Notes: generated by a model from the sequence alone, not told the origin. 64,000 nucleotides of DNA from Thermoanaerobaculia bacterium (GCA_033762835.1 JANRLG010000160.1:224-64223); one strand, 5' to 3'. Counted from the first letter of the stretch, positions 8,567 through 17,944 are shown. Numbers and translations: made by a program.

Positions 8567-11155
8567 CTACGCCCCCGTCCCCAACACCCCCGCCAACCAA
8601 ACCACCTCCCGCTCCCGCCGCCGGTACCCCGTCTCGTCCACCAACTCCCGCGCCCGCGTCAGGTGCCGCCGCGCGGCAGCGAGATCCCCCTGGTCCCGCC
8701 GCAACCGCGCCCACTCGAGGTGCGCGTCGCACTCGTGCAACCGCATCCCGCCCCGCTCCGCGATCTCCAAAGCCTCCGCCAAGTCCGCCTCGGCACCGGG
8801 GTGGTCCGGCAAGAAGCGCCGCAGGGCGGAGCGGGCCAGGAGGCCGCGGGGAAGGTGGTGCTCGGTGGCGGCCCGCCGCAGGCCGTCCACGGCTTGGTTC
8901 AGGTGAGTGGCGGCCTGGGCGAGGTCGGCGGCGCGGTCGTTGGGAAAGGCAAGAAGAGCTGGGTAGAGAGAAGAACGGCCGAGGGTGAGGTGGTCGAGGG
9001 CTCCGGAGAGAAGGTCTTGGTTCCAGTCTTCGACCCACTTCAGCGTTTGGCTCGCCCTCTCCAGCACCTCGCCGCAAGCCTGCCGAACCTTCTCCGCCTC
9101 CTCTGTCCGGGAGCCCAACTCGGCGAGGCCATCCAGCCCGGCCCCGGTCCCCGGCTCCGCCTGGCTCAGCAGCAGGTCGCAGTACCGAAAGCCCTGGAGC
9201 GAGTAGAGCCGGGGGTACTCCGGCTGATCCTCCGCCTGCAGAGCCTCGGCCTCGCGGAAGGCCGCCGCGCTTTCCTTCCAGCGGCCCGCCTGGTGTTGGG
9301 CGTCGGCCCAGGTCGTTCGGAATGCCATTTGAAAAAAGTCCTCGCCGCTGCGGTCGGCTAGCTCGACGCTCTGCTCGCCGAAGGCCACGGCACGCGGCAC
9401 GTGCCCCAGGGTCAGGGTCAGCCCGTTGAGGTTGCTGGCGACTGCCGCGGCAAAGCCCCAAGACTCCTGAACGATGTAGGCCTCCAGCCCCGCCTGCATC
9501 GGCTCGACCGCCTCCGCCAGGCGGCCGAGAGCGCGCAGGACGAAGGCGGCTTCGTTCAGCACGAACGCCTGCGCCGCCGCGGTGAGCTGAACGGAGGGCT
9601 GGGACCAGGAGCGCTCGAAGAAGCCCGCGAGCGCCGTCAGCTCCGAGCCGAAGGCCCCGAGCTTCCTCCAGCTGAAAGCCTCCTCCCCACGCCGAATCCG
9701 CCGCCAAAAGACCTCGTCCATCACCTCCTGCTGCCGCCCCGCCCTGCAGCCGTGGAGCATGGCGGAGTAGAGGGGCTGCAGCTCCTCCAGCGTCTCCGGC
9801 AAGTCCGGTGCCGCTTGGCACAGGTGCTGATACAGCCGCAGATTCCCTTCTACCCAGCTCTTTTTCTTTCTCTTCTCCAGCTCCGCGGCAAAAAACACCC
9901 GGACCAGAGGATGCGCGTCCAACGTCTCCGGCTCCCTTGGATCGGCTTCTGCCAGCAGGCCGTGCTCGCGTAACGTCGCGACGGCGCTCCGCCAGTCGTC
10001 TTCCGCCAGGCCCACCAGCTTCCCGGTCAAGCCCGGAATCACCGGCTTCGCCCGCAACACCTTCAGCGAGGCCGCACTGGCCGGGCGGTCGAAGAAGCCC
10101 AGCAGCCGGAGAATCGCCACTTCCGGGCCATCGCCCAGCCAACGGCAATAGGCCGCGATCACCCGGCCCGCATGGCCGCCGGCCTTTTCGTCGACCTCCG
10201 CCAGGTCGATCTCTTTCCGCTTCCGCACGTTCCCGCCATGCGCCCGCCGCAGGAAGTTCCCGAGCAGCGTCAGCGTGAGGGCATGGCGCTGGAACTCCTC
10301 GGCCGCCTTGCCCAGCTCATTCTTCGAGCCCTTCACCCCCAGCACCCCCAGCAGCTCCACCGCCGCTTCCAGCTCCAGCGTCTCCAGGTCCACCTGCGGC
10401 GCCGTCACCTTCCAATTCGCCAAGTCCGCCACGCGCTCCCGCGTCGTCACCACACACAATCCCGGATTTCCCGCCGCCAGGCCCTTCAGCAACGCGGCCA
10501 CGCCCGGATCCTTCAGCCGCCCCGCCACTTCCGGCCGGCCCGGGCCGTGCTGGAGCGGCTCGAGGCCGTCGAGAATCAACAACGTCCGTTCCTGCCGGAC
10601 GAGCCCCGCCAGCCTCGCCCCGCGGTCGTGCGGCGAGCCGGCGGTCGGGTCCGGGTCGCCGAAAAACCGCAGACCGTGGGCGATGAACGTATCCGCCGAG
10701 CCGTTCCGGCTCTCCGTCCCCTGGCTGTAGAACGACCAATCCAGCACCCGCCGCGCCCCCCGCCAGCCGTCCGCCGCCATCCCATCCAACCACCGCGCCA
10801 CCAGCGCGCTCTTGCCCACGCCGCCGAACGCCACCAGCGTGAAGACATGCTCCGCCGGGTCCGCCCACGCGGCATCCAGCTGGGCCAGCTCCGCCTGCCG
10901 GCCCACGAAATGAGGGCCGGGGATGGGCAGGCGGCCGAGGTCGATGCGTGGCTCCGATCCGTTCTGCGCCGGCTTGGCCCCCGAGAGCGCAGCGATCTTG
11001 CGCTCCGCTTCTGCGATCTGCACGCGCAGGCTGAAGAGCTGGCCAGAGTCGGAAACGACCGCCTCCTGCTCCTGCAAGAACGCCAAGCGCTGTTGCCAAA
11101 CGGCCAGCGGATTCGGATCCGGTTCGGTGCTCACCGTCTCATCCTCCGTACTCAC
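8567..11155 (-). CDS. STAND NTPase (NACHT/NB-ARC-like P-loop) with C-terminal TPR-like repeats and an N-terminal ~45-aa helical EAD-like motif
   Basis: An 862-aa protein. It has a Walker A motif, LVAFGGVGKSALVARWL; a Walker-B-like LLILDG; CVVTTRE; and a long helical-repeat C-terminus. The N-terminal PNPLAVWQQRLAFLQEQEA...IAEAERKIAALSG motif matches the C-terminal tail of the upstream gene. About 60-70% amino-acid identity to the 11139..14189 gene, estimated by eye. Confidence 0.85.
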   Translation of the reverse strand: MSTEDETVSTEPDPNPLAVWQQRLAFLQEQEAVVSDSGQLFSLRVQIAEAERKIAALSGAKPAQNGSEPRIDLGRLPIPGPHFVGRQAELAQLDAAWADPAEHVFTLVAFGGVGKSALVARWLDGMAADGWRGARRVLDWSFYSQGTESRNGSADTFIAHGLRFFGDPDPTAGSPHDRGARLAGLVRQERTLLILDGLEPLQHGPGRPEVAGRLKDPGVAALLKGLAAGNPGLCVVTTRERVADLANWKVTAPQVDLETLELEAAVELLGVLGVKGSKNELGKAAEEFQRHALTLTLLGNFLRRAHGGNVRKRKEIDLAEVDEKAGGHAGRVIAAYCRWLGDGPEVAILRLLGFFDRPASAASLKVLRAKPVIPGLTGKLVGLAEDDWRSAVATLREHGLLAEADPREPETLDAHPLVRVFFAAELEKRKKKSWVEGNLRLYQHLCQAAPDLPETLEELQPLYSAMLHGCRAGRQQEVMDEVFWRRIRRGEEAFSWRKLGAFGSELTALAGFFERSWSQPSVQLTAAAQAFVLNEAAFVLRALGRLAEAVEPMQAGLEAYIVQESWGFAAAVASNLNGLTLTLGHVPRAVAFGEQSVELADRSGEDFFQMAFRTTWADAQHQAGRWKESAAAFREAEALQAEDQPEYPRLYSLQGFRYCDLLLSQAEPGTGAGLDGLAELGSRTEEAEKVRQACGEVLERASQTLKWVEDWNQDLLSGALDHLTLGRSSLYPALLAFPNDRAADLAQAATHLNQAVDGLRRAATEHHLPRGLLARSALRRFLPDHPGAEADLAEALEIAERGGMRLHECDAHLEWARLRRDQGDLAAARRHLTRARELVDETGYRRREREVVWLAGVLGTGA

Positions 11156-14100
11156 GGACCTTCCGCCGGGCTTCCTCGATTTGTTTCAGCAGGGCGAATT
11201 TCTGGTTGGCTTCGACCGCGAGGGCTTCCTGCTGTTCGAGGAAGGCTAGCTTTTCACTCCAGAGGGCGAGGGCTTTCGGGTTGCCGACCGGCAACGGAGC
11301 CACCGGATAGGGCGGCCCCGGCCTCGACCTGCGCCCTGCGATTCCTGCGACTCCGGGAAACATCGGCGGCCCGGGAGGCTTTGCCCGCCCGGCGCGTACC
11401 GCTGCCAACACCGCCTCCTTGGCCGCGTCCGGCGTCAAACCCACCAAATCCTCCCAAATCAACGTCTTCAGCATCCCCGTCGGCGAGCACGGCGCCACTC
11501 GCAGGGGGATCAGCTTGCGCTTCTCGCCCCGCGGGTCGTCCACGAACGCGGCGGCCCACTCGGGCTGCGTGTAGTCCGCGCGCAGGTAGTTGTCACTTAG
11601 CACCATCACCGTCTTCCGCGCCTCGCTCGCCGCCTTCTGCATCTCGAGCACGAAGTTCGCCCCGGGCCGGAAGTCCCAGGGCTGATAGACCACCGAAAAC
11701 CCCGCCTCCTCGAGCGTCCACGCGATCCAGTCCGCCCAAGCCCGATCCTTGCTGTTGAAACTGACGAAAAAGTCCTTCACGCGAGCCTCCTTCTGCAATT
11801 CCTTCTCGAGCCAAACCACCTCCCGCTCCCGCCGCCCATAACCCGTCGCCGTCACCAACTCCCGAGCCCGAGCCCAATGCCGCCGCGCCTCCCCGATCAA
11901 CCCCTGGTCCCGCCGCAACCGCGCCAGCTCCAAATGGGCGTCGCATTCAAAAAGCCGCATCCCGCCCCGTTCGGCGATCTCCAAAGCTTCCGCCAAGTCC
12001 GCCTCGGCGCCGGGGTGGTCGGGCAGGAAGCGCCGCAGGGCGGCGCGGGCCAGGAGGCCGCGGGGGAGGTGGTCCTCCTGGGCGGCCCGCCGCAAGCCTT
12101 CCACGGCCAGGCTCAGGTGATCAGCCGCTTGAGCCAGCCCGGCGGCGCGGTCGTTGTGACAGGCAAGAAGAGCTGGGTAGAGGGCAGAACGGCCCAGGGT
12201 GAGGTGGCTCAAAGCGATGTCGAGAAGTGGGTACTGGTCCTCGAACCAGTCCAGCGTTTGCCTCGCCCGCTCCAGCATCTCCCTGCACACCTGCCGGAGG
12301 CTCTCTGCCTGCTCCGGGCGGGAGCAAATCTCGGCGAGCCCATCCAGCCCGGCCCCGGTCTCCGGCTCCGAAAGGCCCAGCAGCAGGTCGCAATACCGAA
12401 AGCCCCGGACTGAGTAGAGCCGGGGGTACTCCGGTTGCCACTCCGCCTGTATCGCCTCGGCCCCGTGGAAAGCTGCCGCGCTTTCCTGCCACTGGCCCGC
12501 CTGGTGTCGGGCGTCAGCCCAGGTGGTCCAGGTGACTATTCGTCGAAAGGCATCGCCACTCCGATCGGCGAGCTCGACGCCCTTCTCGCCGAAGGCCACG
12601 GCGCGCGGCACGTCCCCCAGGGCCAGGGTTAGCTCGGTAAGGTTGTTGGCGACTGCCGCCCCTTCTTGCCAAATCTTCTGGCCGAGCCTTGCCTGCAAGC
12701 TCGCCTGCGTTGGCTCGATCGCCTCCGCCAGGCGGCCCAGAGCGCGGAGGTTGGCGGCGACTTGGTTCAGGACGAACGCCTGCCAGTTCGCGGTGAGCTG
12801 GGTGGAGGGCTGGGACCAGGGGTGATCGAAGAAGCCCGCGAGCGCCGTCAGATCCGAGCCGAAGGTCCCTAGGTTGCGCAAACTGAAGTGCTCACTCCCC
12901 CGCAGTATCCGCCGCCAGTACACGCCAATCATCAGCTCTTGCTGCCGCCCCGCCCGGCAGCCGTGGAGGATGGCAGCGTAGAGCGGCTGCATTTCTTCCA
13001 GCGTCTCGGGTAAGTCCGGTGCCGCTTGGCACAGGTGCTGGTAAAGCCGCAGGTTTCCTTCTACCCAGATCTGCTCCTTTCTCTCCAGCACCTCCGCGAA
13101 GTACGAGCGGACGAGCGGGTGGCAGTCCAGGGTGTCCGGCACACTCGGGTCCGCTTCCGCCACCAACCCGTGGTCTCGCAACGTGGTGACTGCGCTCCGC
13201 CAGTCTTCCTTCGACAAGCCGACCAGATCCTCGGTAAGGCCTTTGATCACCGGCGTCGCCCGCAGGGCCTGGATCGAGGCCGCATCCGCAGGTCGGTCGA
13301 AGAAACCCAGCAGCCGGAGAATCGCCACCTCCGGGCCATCGCCGAGCCATCGGCAGTAGGCTGCTACCACTCGGCCGGCATGGCCGCCGGCCTTGACGGC
13401 CACCTCTCTTAGACTGATCTCCTTCCGTTTTCGAACATCCCCGTTGTGCGCCCGCCGCAGGTAGCTTCCGAGAAGCGTCAGCGTAAGGGCATGTCGCTGG
13501 AACTCGTCAACCGCCTGCCCCAGCTCTTTTTCCGAACCGTCCACCCCCAAAGCCTTCAGCAGCTCCACCGCCGCTTCCGGCTCCAGCTTTTCCAGGTCAA
13601 CCTGCGGCGCCGTCTGCTCCCAGCCGGCCAAATCCGCCACCCGCTCCCGCGTTGTCACTACACACAACCCCGGATTCCCGGCCGCCAACCCCTTGAGCAA
13701 CGCCGCCAGCCCCGGGTCCTTCAACCGCCCCGCCACTTCCGGCCGGCCAGGTGGGTACTGCAGCGGCTCGACACCGTCCAACACCAACAGCGTCTTCTCT
13801 TTCCGCACCAGCTCGGCCAGCCGCCGGCCTCTGTCGTGGGGGGAACCCTTCGTCGGGTCTTCATCTCCGAAGAACCGCAGCGCGTAGTCGATGAACCCAT
13901 CCGCTGAGGCCACGCGCTCTTCCGAGCCCTGGCTGTAGAAACTCCAGTCCAGCACCCGCCTCGCCCCGCGCCAGCCGTCCGCGGCCATTTGCCCCAGCCA
14001 GCGGGCCACCAGCGCGCTTTTCCCCACGCCGCCGAAGGCGACCAGCGTCACCACGTGCGTGCTGGCGTCCGCCCAGGCGTCATCCAGCCGCTTCAGCTCC

Positions 14101-14189
14101 TTCTGCCGGCCCACGAACACCTTGCCGGGGATCGGCAGGCGGCCGATGTCGAGTCGTGGGCTGACTTTCTCCGTCATCACTTGCCTCAT
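11139..14189 (-). CDS. STAND NTPase-TPR protein with a C-terminal TIR domain and a terminal EAD-like helical motif
   Basis: This is the real part of the 1451-aa ORF. The ORF upstream of 14189 is antisense to lysA and gives junk residues. The start is at ATG 14189 (MRQVMTEK) or 14177, which has a GAGG Shine-Dalgarno motif. It has a P-loop, LVAFGGVGKSALVARWL. The C-terminal ~210 aa begin KDFFVSFNSKDRAWADWIAWTLEEAGFSVV...MVLSDNYLRADYTQPEW, which is TIR-like. The protein ends NPKALALWSEKLAFLEQQEALAVEANQKFALLKQIEEARRK. A perfect AAGGAGG followed by GTG at 11780 sits in frame just before the TIR. Confidence 0.8.
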   Translation of the reverse strand: MRQVMTEKVSPRLDIGRLPIPGKVFVGRQKELKRLDDAWADASTHVVTLVAFGGVGKSALVARWLGQMAADGWRGARRVLDWSFYSQGSEERVASADGFIDYALRFFGDEDPTKGSPHDRGRRLAELVRKEKTLLVLDGVEPLQYPPGRPEVAGRLKDPGLAALLKGLAAGNPGLCVVTTRERVADLAGWEQTAPQVDLEKLEPEAAVELLKALGVDGSEKELGQAVDEFQRHALTLTLLGSYLRRAHNGDVRKRKEISLREVAVKAGGHAGRVVAAYCRWLGDGPEVAILRLLGFFDRPADAASIQALRATPVIKGLTEDLVGLSKEDWRSAVTTLRDHGLVAEADPSVPDTLDCHPLVRSYFAEVLERKEQIWVEGNLRLYQHLCQAAPDLPETLEEMQPLYAAILHGCRAGRQQELMIGVYWRRILRGSEHFSLRNLGTFGSDLTALAGFFDHPWSQPSTQLTANWQAFVLNQVAANLRALGRLAEAIEPTQASLQARLGQKIWQEGAAVANNLTELTLALGDVPRAVAFGEKGVELADRSGDAFRRIVTWTTWADARHQAGQWQESAAAFHGAEAIQAEWQPEYPRLYSVRGFRYCDLLLGLSEPETGAGLDGLAEICSRPEQAESLRQVCREMLERARQTLDWFEDQYPLLDIALSHLTLGRSALYPALLACHNDRAAGLAQAADHLSLAVEGLRRAAQEDHLPRGLLARAALRRFLPDHPGAEADLAEALEIAERGGMRLFECDAHLELARLRRDQGLIGEARRHWARARELVTATGYGRREREVVWLEKELQKEARVKDFFVSFNSKDRAWADWIAWTLEEAGFSVVYQPWDFRPGANFVLEMQKAASEARKTVMVLSDNYLRADYTQPEWAAAFVDDPRGEKRKLIPLRVAPCSPTGMLKTLIWEDLVGLTPDAAKEAVLAAVRAGRAKPPGPPMFPGVAGIAGRRSRPGPPYPVAPLPVGNPKALALWSEKLAFLEQQEALAVEANQKFALLKQIEEARRKVREYGG

Positions 14190-14243
14190 GGGTTTCGAGA
14201 AACGCGCAGATCTTACGATTTCCCCCTCGTCTATACTCCCGCG

Positions 14244-15623
14244 ATGCACCCATTCGACTGGCGCGGCGGCGTTCTGCATGCCGACGAGGTTCCCGTTCCC
14301 GAGATCGCCGCGGCGGTCGGCACTCCTACCTACGTTTATTCGGCCACGGCCATTCGGGCGGCTTACCGGCGGCTCGAGGCGGCGTTTTCGCCGCTCCGGG
14401 CGCGGCTGCGCTACGCCGTCAAGGCGAGCCCCAATTTGCACCTTTGCCGCCTGCTGCGCTCCTTGGGCGCGGGCATGGACGTGGTTTCGGGCGGGGAGCT
14501 CGAACGCGCTTGGTTGGCCGGGGCGCCGATGGCGGACATGGTGTTCGCGGGGGTGGGGAAGAGCGACGCCGAAATCCGTGCGGCGCTCGATGGCCGATTC
14601 AGCCCGATGCGCGAGGCCGCCGAACGCTTCGGGATGGCGGACCCGGCCGGCCGCGGACCCGTGGGCCTTTTGAACGTGGAAAGTGAGAGCGAGCTGCGCT
14701 CGATCGCGCGGATTGGCGCCGAGCTCGGTGTGCGCGCGCGGGCGGCCGTGCGGGTCAACCCGAACGTCGACCCCCACACCCACGAGTACACCACCACCGG
14801 CAAGGAAGAAAACAAATTCGGCATCGACGCCGACCGCATCGTCGAGCTCTTCGAGCGTTACGCGGGCTCCCCGGGCGTCGAGCTCGTGGGCCTCCACGTG
14901 CACATCGGCTCCCCGGTCCCGCTCGTCGAGCCCTATGCCGAGGCCATCGCGGTCGTCTCGACCTTGATCGACGAGTTGGCCGCCCGTGGCCACCACGTCT
15001 CGGTGCTCGATCTCGGCGGTGGCTGGCCGGTCGATTACCGCGACGGCGAAGTACCGCCTCTCGAGGCCTATGCCGAGCGCATCGTGCCGCTTCTGGCCGC
15101 GCGCGTGGCCGCGGGCCTCGAGGTGTGCCTCGAGCCGGGCCGCTCCATCCTCGCCAACTCGGGGGTGTTGCTCTCGCGCGTCCAGCACGTCAAACACGGC
15201 CGCGCCAAGACCTTCGTCATCGGCGACGCGGGCATGCACACCCTGCTGCGCCCGGCGCTCTACCGGGCCTTCCACTTCGCCTGGCCGGTGGCCTGGGACG
15301 GCCCGCGGCCGACGTTTGCCGAGGACCCGGGGTTGCCGAACCTGACCCCCTGCGATCTCGTGGGGCCGATTTGTGAGACCGGGGACTTCCTGGCGCGCTC
15401 CCGGCCCCTGCCGCCCATCGAACAGGGCGAGCTCGTGGCGGTGTTCTCCGCCGGGGCTTACGGCATGTCCATGTGCTCGAACTACAACGACCACGGCCGG
15501 CCCGCCGAGGTGCTGGTGGACGGCGACACGGTGACCGTCATCAACGAACGCCAGTCGCTCGCGGCGCTCCTCGAAACCGAGCGCTTGCCGCGGACGCTGC
15601 CGCGGCTGGGAGTCACCGCGTGA
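14244..15623 (+). CDS. lysA: diaminopimelate decarboxylase
   Basis: The N-terminal region MHPFDW...AAVGTPTYVYSATAIRAAYRRLEAAF and YAVKASPN carry the PLP-binding Lys. Length and motifs are typical of LysA. It is divergent from the STAND gene across a ~55-bp intergenic region. Confidence 0.9.
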   Translation: MHPFDWRGGVLHADEVPVPEIAAAVGTPTYVYSATAIRAAYRRLEAAFSPLRARLRYAVKASPNLHLCRLLRSLGAGMDVVSGGELERAWLAGAPMADMVFAGVGKSDAEIRAALDGRFSPMREAAERFGMADPAGRGPVGLLNVESESELRSIARIGAELGVRARAAVRVNPNVDPHTHEYTTTGKEENKFGIDADRIVELFERYAGSPGVELVGLHVHIGSPVPLVEPYAEAIAVVSTLIDELAARGHHVSVLDLGGGWPVDYRDGEVPPLEAYAERIVPLLAARVAAGLEVCLEPGRSILANSGVLLSRVQHVKHGRAKTFVIGDAGMHTLLRPALYRAFHFAWPVAWDGPRPTFAEDPGLPNLTPCDLVGPICETGDFLARSRPLPPIEQGELVAVFSAGAYGMSMCSNYNDHGRPAEVLVDGDTVTVINERQSLAALLETERLPRTLPRLGVTA

Positions 15624-16816
15624 AAAAAAGCGCCGGCGCCGGCCTGCTGCTCCTGGGGCTCGTTTCCTGTCGCGCCGACAGGAATCCGCTGGACGCGATC
15701 TTCGACCGGACGCCCATGTTGCGGATCATGGCGGACCATGCGCCGGTCTTCCGGCTCCAGGTCGTGGTCGGCACCGTGGCCGAGCGGGACGGCCGCAAGG
15801 TGCTCGTGCAGGAGGGTTTCCGCCTCGGCGAGGAGTACTTCTACCCGGCCAGCTCGATCAAGATGTTCGCCGCCGTGGCCGCCCTCGAACGTTTGGCGGA
15901 GTTACGTGCCGAGACCGGCCGGCCGATCGACCTCGACACGCCGCTGATCTACCACCCGCTGTTTCCGGGCGAGACGGTGGAGGAGACGGACCCGAGCCAC
16001 CTCGACGGCGGCACCATCACCGTGCGCCACGAGCTGCGCAAGCTGTTCCTGGTGTCGGACAACGAGGCGTTCAACAAGCTGTACGAACTGGTGGGGCAGG
16101 ACCGGCTGGCGGCGTCATTGGCCCGGGTGGGGTTGGGAGACGCGCACATCGTCCACCGCCTCGCCGAGCCGCGCTCGGCGGAGGAGAACCGGCGCTTTCC
16201 GCGCATCGACTTCCGGATCGCGGACGGTGTCTTCACACTGCCCGAGCGGACCTCCGAGCCCCTTCCGGCCATTCCCACGCTTCCCGGGTTGCTCGTCGGC
16301 ACAGCGCAGATGACCGACGCCGGGCGCCTCGACGAACCCCTCGACATGACCGGCAAGAACCGAATCTCCCTGGCCGACCTCCAGCGCGGCCTCTGTAAGG
16401 TAGTGGCGCCCGAGGTCGATTGCGGCGGTGGCCCGGCCTTCGACCTCTCGCCCGCGGATCGCGCGGTGGTGCTCGAGGCCATGAGTCAACTGCCGCGGGA
16501 GTCGAAAGATCCGGTGTACGACCCGGCGGACCACCCGGACGACTTCGTCAAGTTCTTCCTGCCCGGCGTGGCCCGGGTGGTGCCGGCGGAGCGCCTGCGG
16601 ATCTACAACAAGATCGGCCAGGCGTACGGGTTCACCACGGAGAACTCCTGGATCGTAGACGAGGGCACCGGGCGGTCGTTTTTCCTCGCGGCCACGCTCT
16701 ACACCAATGCCGACGGGGTTTTGAACGACGACGTTTACGAGTACGCCGACCAAGCGGCACCGTTTTTGGCCGATCTTGGGGAGGCCGTGGCCCGCGATTT
16801 GTGGGGCTCGCCGTGA
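15620..16816 (+). CDS. lipoprotein serine hydrolase, class A beta-lactamase-like fold
   Basis: A GTG start overlaps the lysA stop as GTGA. It has a lipobox, LLLLGLVSC. There are SSIK (SxxK), SDN and KIGQ (KTG-like) motifs. Confidence 0.7.
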   Translation: MKKSAGAGLLLLGLVSCRADRNPLDAIFDRTPMLRIMADHAPVFRLQVVVGTVAERDGRKVLVQEGFRLGEEYFYPASSIKMFAAVAALERLAELRAETGRPIDLDTPLIYHPLFPGETVEETDPSHLDGGTITVRHELRKLFLVSDNEAFNKLYELVGQDRLAASLARVGLGDAHIVHRLAEPRSAEENRRFPRIDFRIADGVFTLPERTSEPLPAIPTLPGLLVGTAQMTDAGRLDEPLDMTGKNRISLADLQRGLCKVVAPEVDCGGGPAFDLSPADRAVVLEAMSQLPRESKDPVYDPADHPDDFVKFFLPGVARVVPAERLRIYNKIGQAYGFTTENSWIVDEGTGRSFFLAATLYTNADGVLNDDVYEYADQAAPFLADLGEAVARDLWGSP

Positions 16817-17937
16817 CGGCCGAGCGTCTGCGGTCGCTGGACGTCTTCCGCGGCGCCACCATCGCGGGCATGATCTTGGTCAACAACGCCGGCAACGAAG
16901 CGCAGACCTGGTGGCCGCTGCTCCATGCCGAGTGGCACGGCTGGACGCCGACAGACTGGATCTTCCCGTTTTTCCTCTTCATCGTCGGAGTGGCCATCGC
17001 CGTGGCCCTGGGCGAACGGCCGGGTGATCCCCAGAGCGATCCAGCTGCGCGGCGGGCTCTGCACGGCAAGATCTTCCGGCGCGCGGGGTTGATCTTTCTG
17101 GTCGGCCTGCTGCTGACTTGGTACCCGTTTTACACCGTCGACTGGTCCCGGGCGCGGATTCCCGGGGTGCTCCAGCGCATCGCCGTGGTCTACCTGCTGG
17201 CGGCGTTGGCGTATCTGCACCTGCGCCCGCGCGGGCGGCTGGTGCTCGGCGCTGGCTTGCTGCTCGGCTACTGGGCGGCCCTGGCCCTGGTGCCAGTGCC
17301 CGGTTTCGGCGCTGGGGACTTGGGCGTCCAGGGCAACCTCGCCGCGTGGCTCGACCACCAGGTGCTCGGAAGCCACATCTGGCGCTACGCCCCGGGGCCG
17401 GGAGATCCCGAGGGCCTGCTCTCGACCTTGCCGGCGCTGGTCACGGCGCTCCTCGGGATCGCCGCGTGCGAAGCCCTGCGAATCCGTCCGGTGCGGCTCG
17501 GCCGGCTCGGTGTTGCCGGAGCCGTGTTGCTCGCGGCGGGCATCGCCTGGGGTACGGTGTTCCCGATCAACAAGAACCTCTGGACTTCGAGTTACGTGCT
17601 CGCCACCGGCGGCCTCGCCCTGCTTTTCCTGGCCGGCACCGTCTGGCTGGTCGATCAGAAGGGCTGGACGACCTGGGCCCGGCCCTTCGAGACCTTCGGC
17701 AAGAACTCGCTGGTGACGTTCGTCGGCTCGAGTCTCATGGCCAAGACGTTCTTCGCCATCAAGTGGCCCGGCCCCGACGGCGCGCCGCTGTCGCTCAAAG
17801 GCCATCTGTACCCGGCGCTCTTCGGCGAGACCCTGCCGGCGCCGTTCGCTTCGCTGGCCTGGGCGCTTTGCTACGTCCTGATCTGGTGGGTGATCGCCGC
17901 GTGGCTGGAACGGCGGCGGGTGTTCGTGCGGTTGTGA
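16813..17937 (+). CDS. membrane acyltransferase-family protein (HGSNAT/DUF1624-like)
   Basis: A GTG start overlaps the upstream stop as GTGA. The N-terminus RLRSLDVFRGATIAGMILVNNAG is typical of DUF1624/heparan-alpha-glucosaminide N-acetyltransferase-like proteins. It is multi-pass hydrophobic. Confidence 0.65.
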   Translation: MTAERLRSLDVFRGATIAGMILVNNAGNEAQTWWPLLHAEWHGWTPTDWIFPFFLFIVGVAIAVALGERPGDPQSDPAARRALHGKIFRRAGLIFLVGLLLTWYPFYTVDWSRARIPGVLQRIAVVYLLAALAYLHLRPRGRLVLGAGLLLGYWAALALVPVPGFGAGDLGVQGNLAAWLDHQVLGSHIWRYAPGPGDPEGLLSTLPALVTALLGIAACEALRIRPVRLGRLGVAGAVLLAAGIAWGTVFPINKNLWTSSYVLATGGLALLFLAGTVWLVDQKGWTTWARPFETFGKNSLVTFVGSSLMAKTFFAIKWPGPDGAPLSLKGHLYPALFGETLPAPFASLAWALCYVLIWWVIAAWLERRRVFVRL

Positions 17938-17944
17938 GGTAGCG

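Noticed and set aside
8502-11758. ORFs 8502..10148 (-), 8528..9361 (+), 9401..9973 (+), 10172..11758 (+), 10317..11099 (-)
   Set aside because: These lie in alternative frames or antisense inside the STAND-TPR gene 8567..11155. The real frame carries a Walker A motif and a TPR-like periodicity.
14190-15494. 5' third of the 1451-aa minus-strand ORF (MVVVVRAHGH...)
   Set aside because: It is antisense to the well-supported lysA gene (14244..15623, +). The translation is low-complexity Arg/Gly/His junk. The STAND domain homology to the neighbouring paralog begins only at RLDIGRLPIPG, so the real start is at 14189 or 14177.
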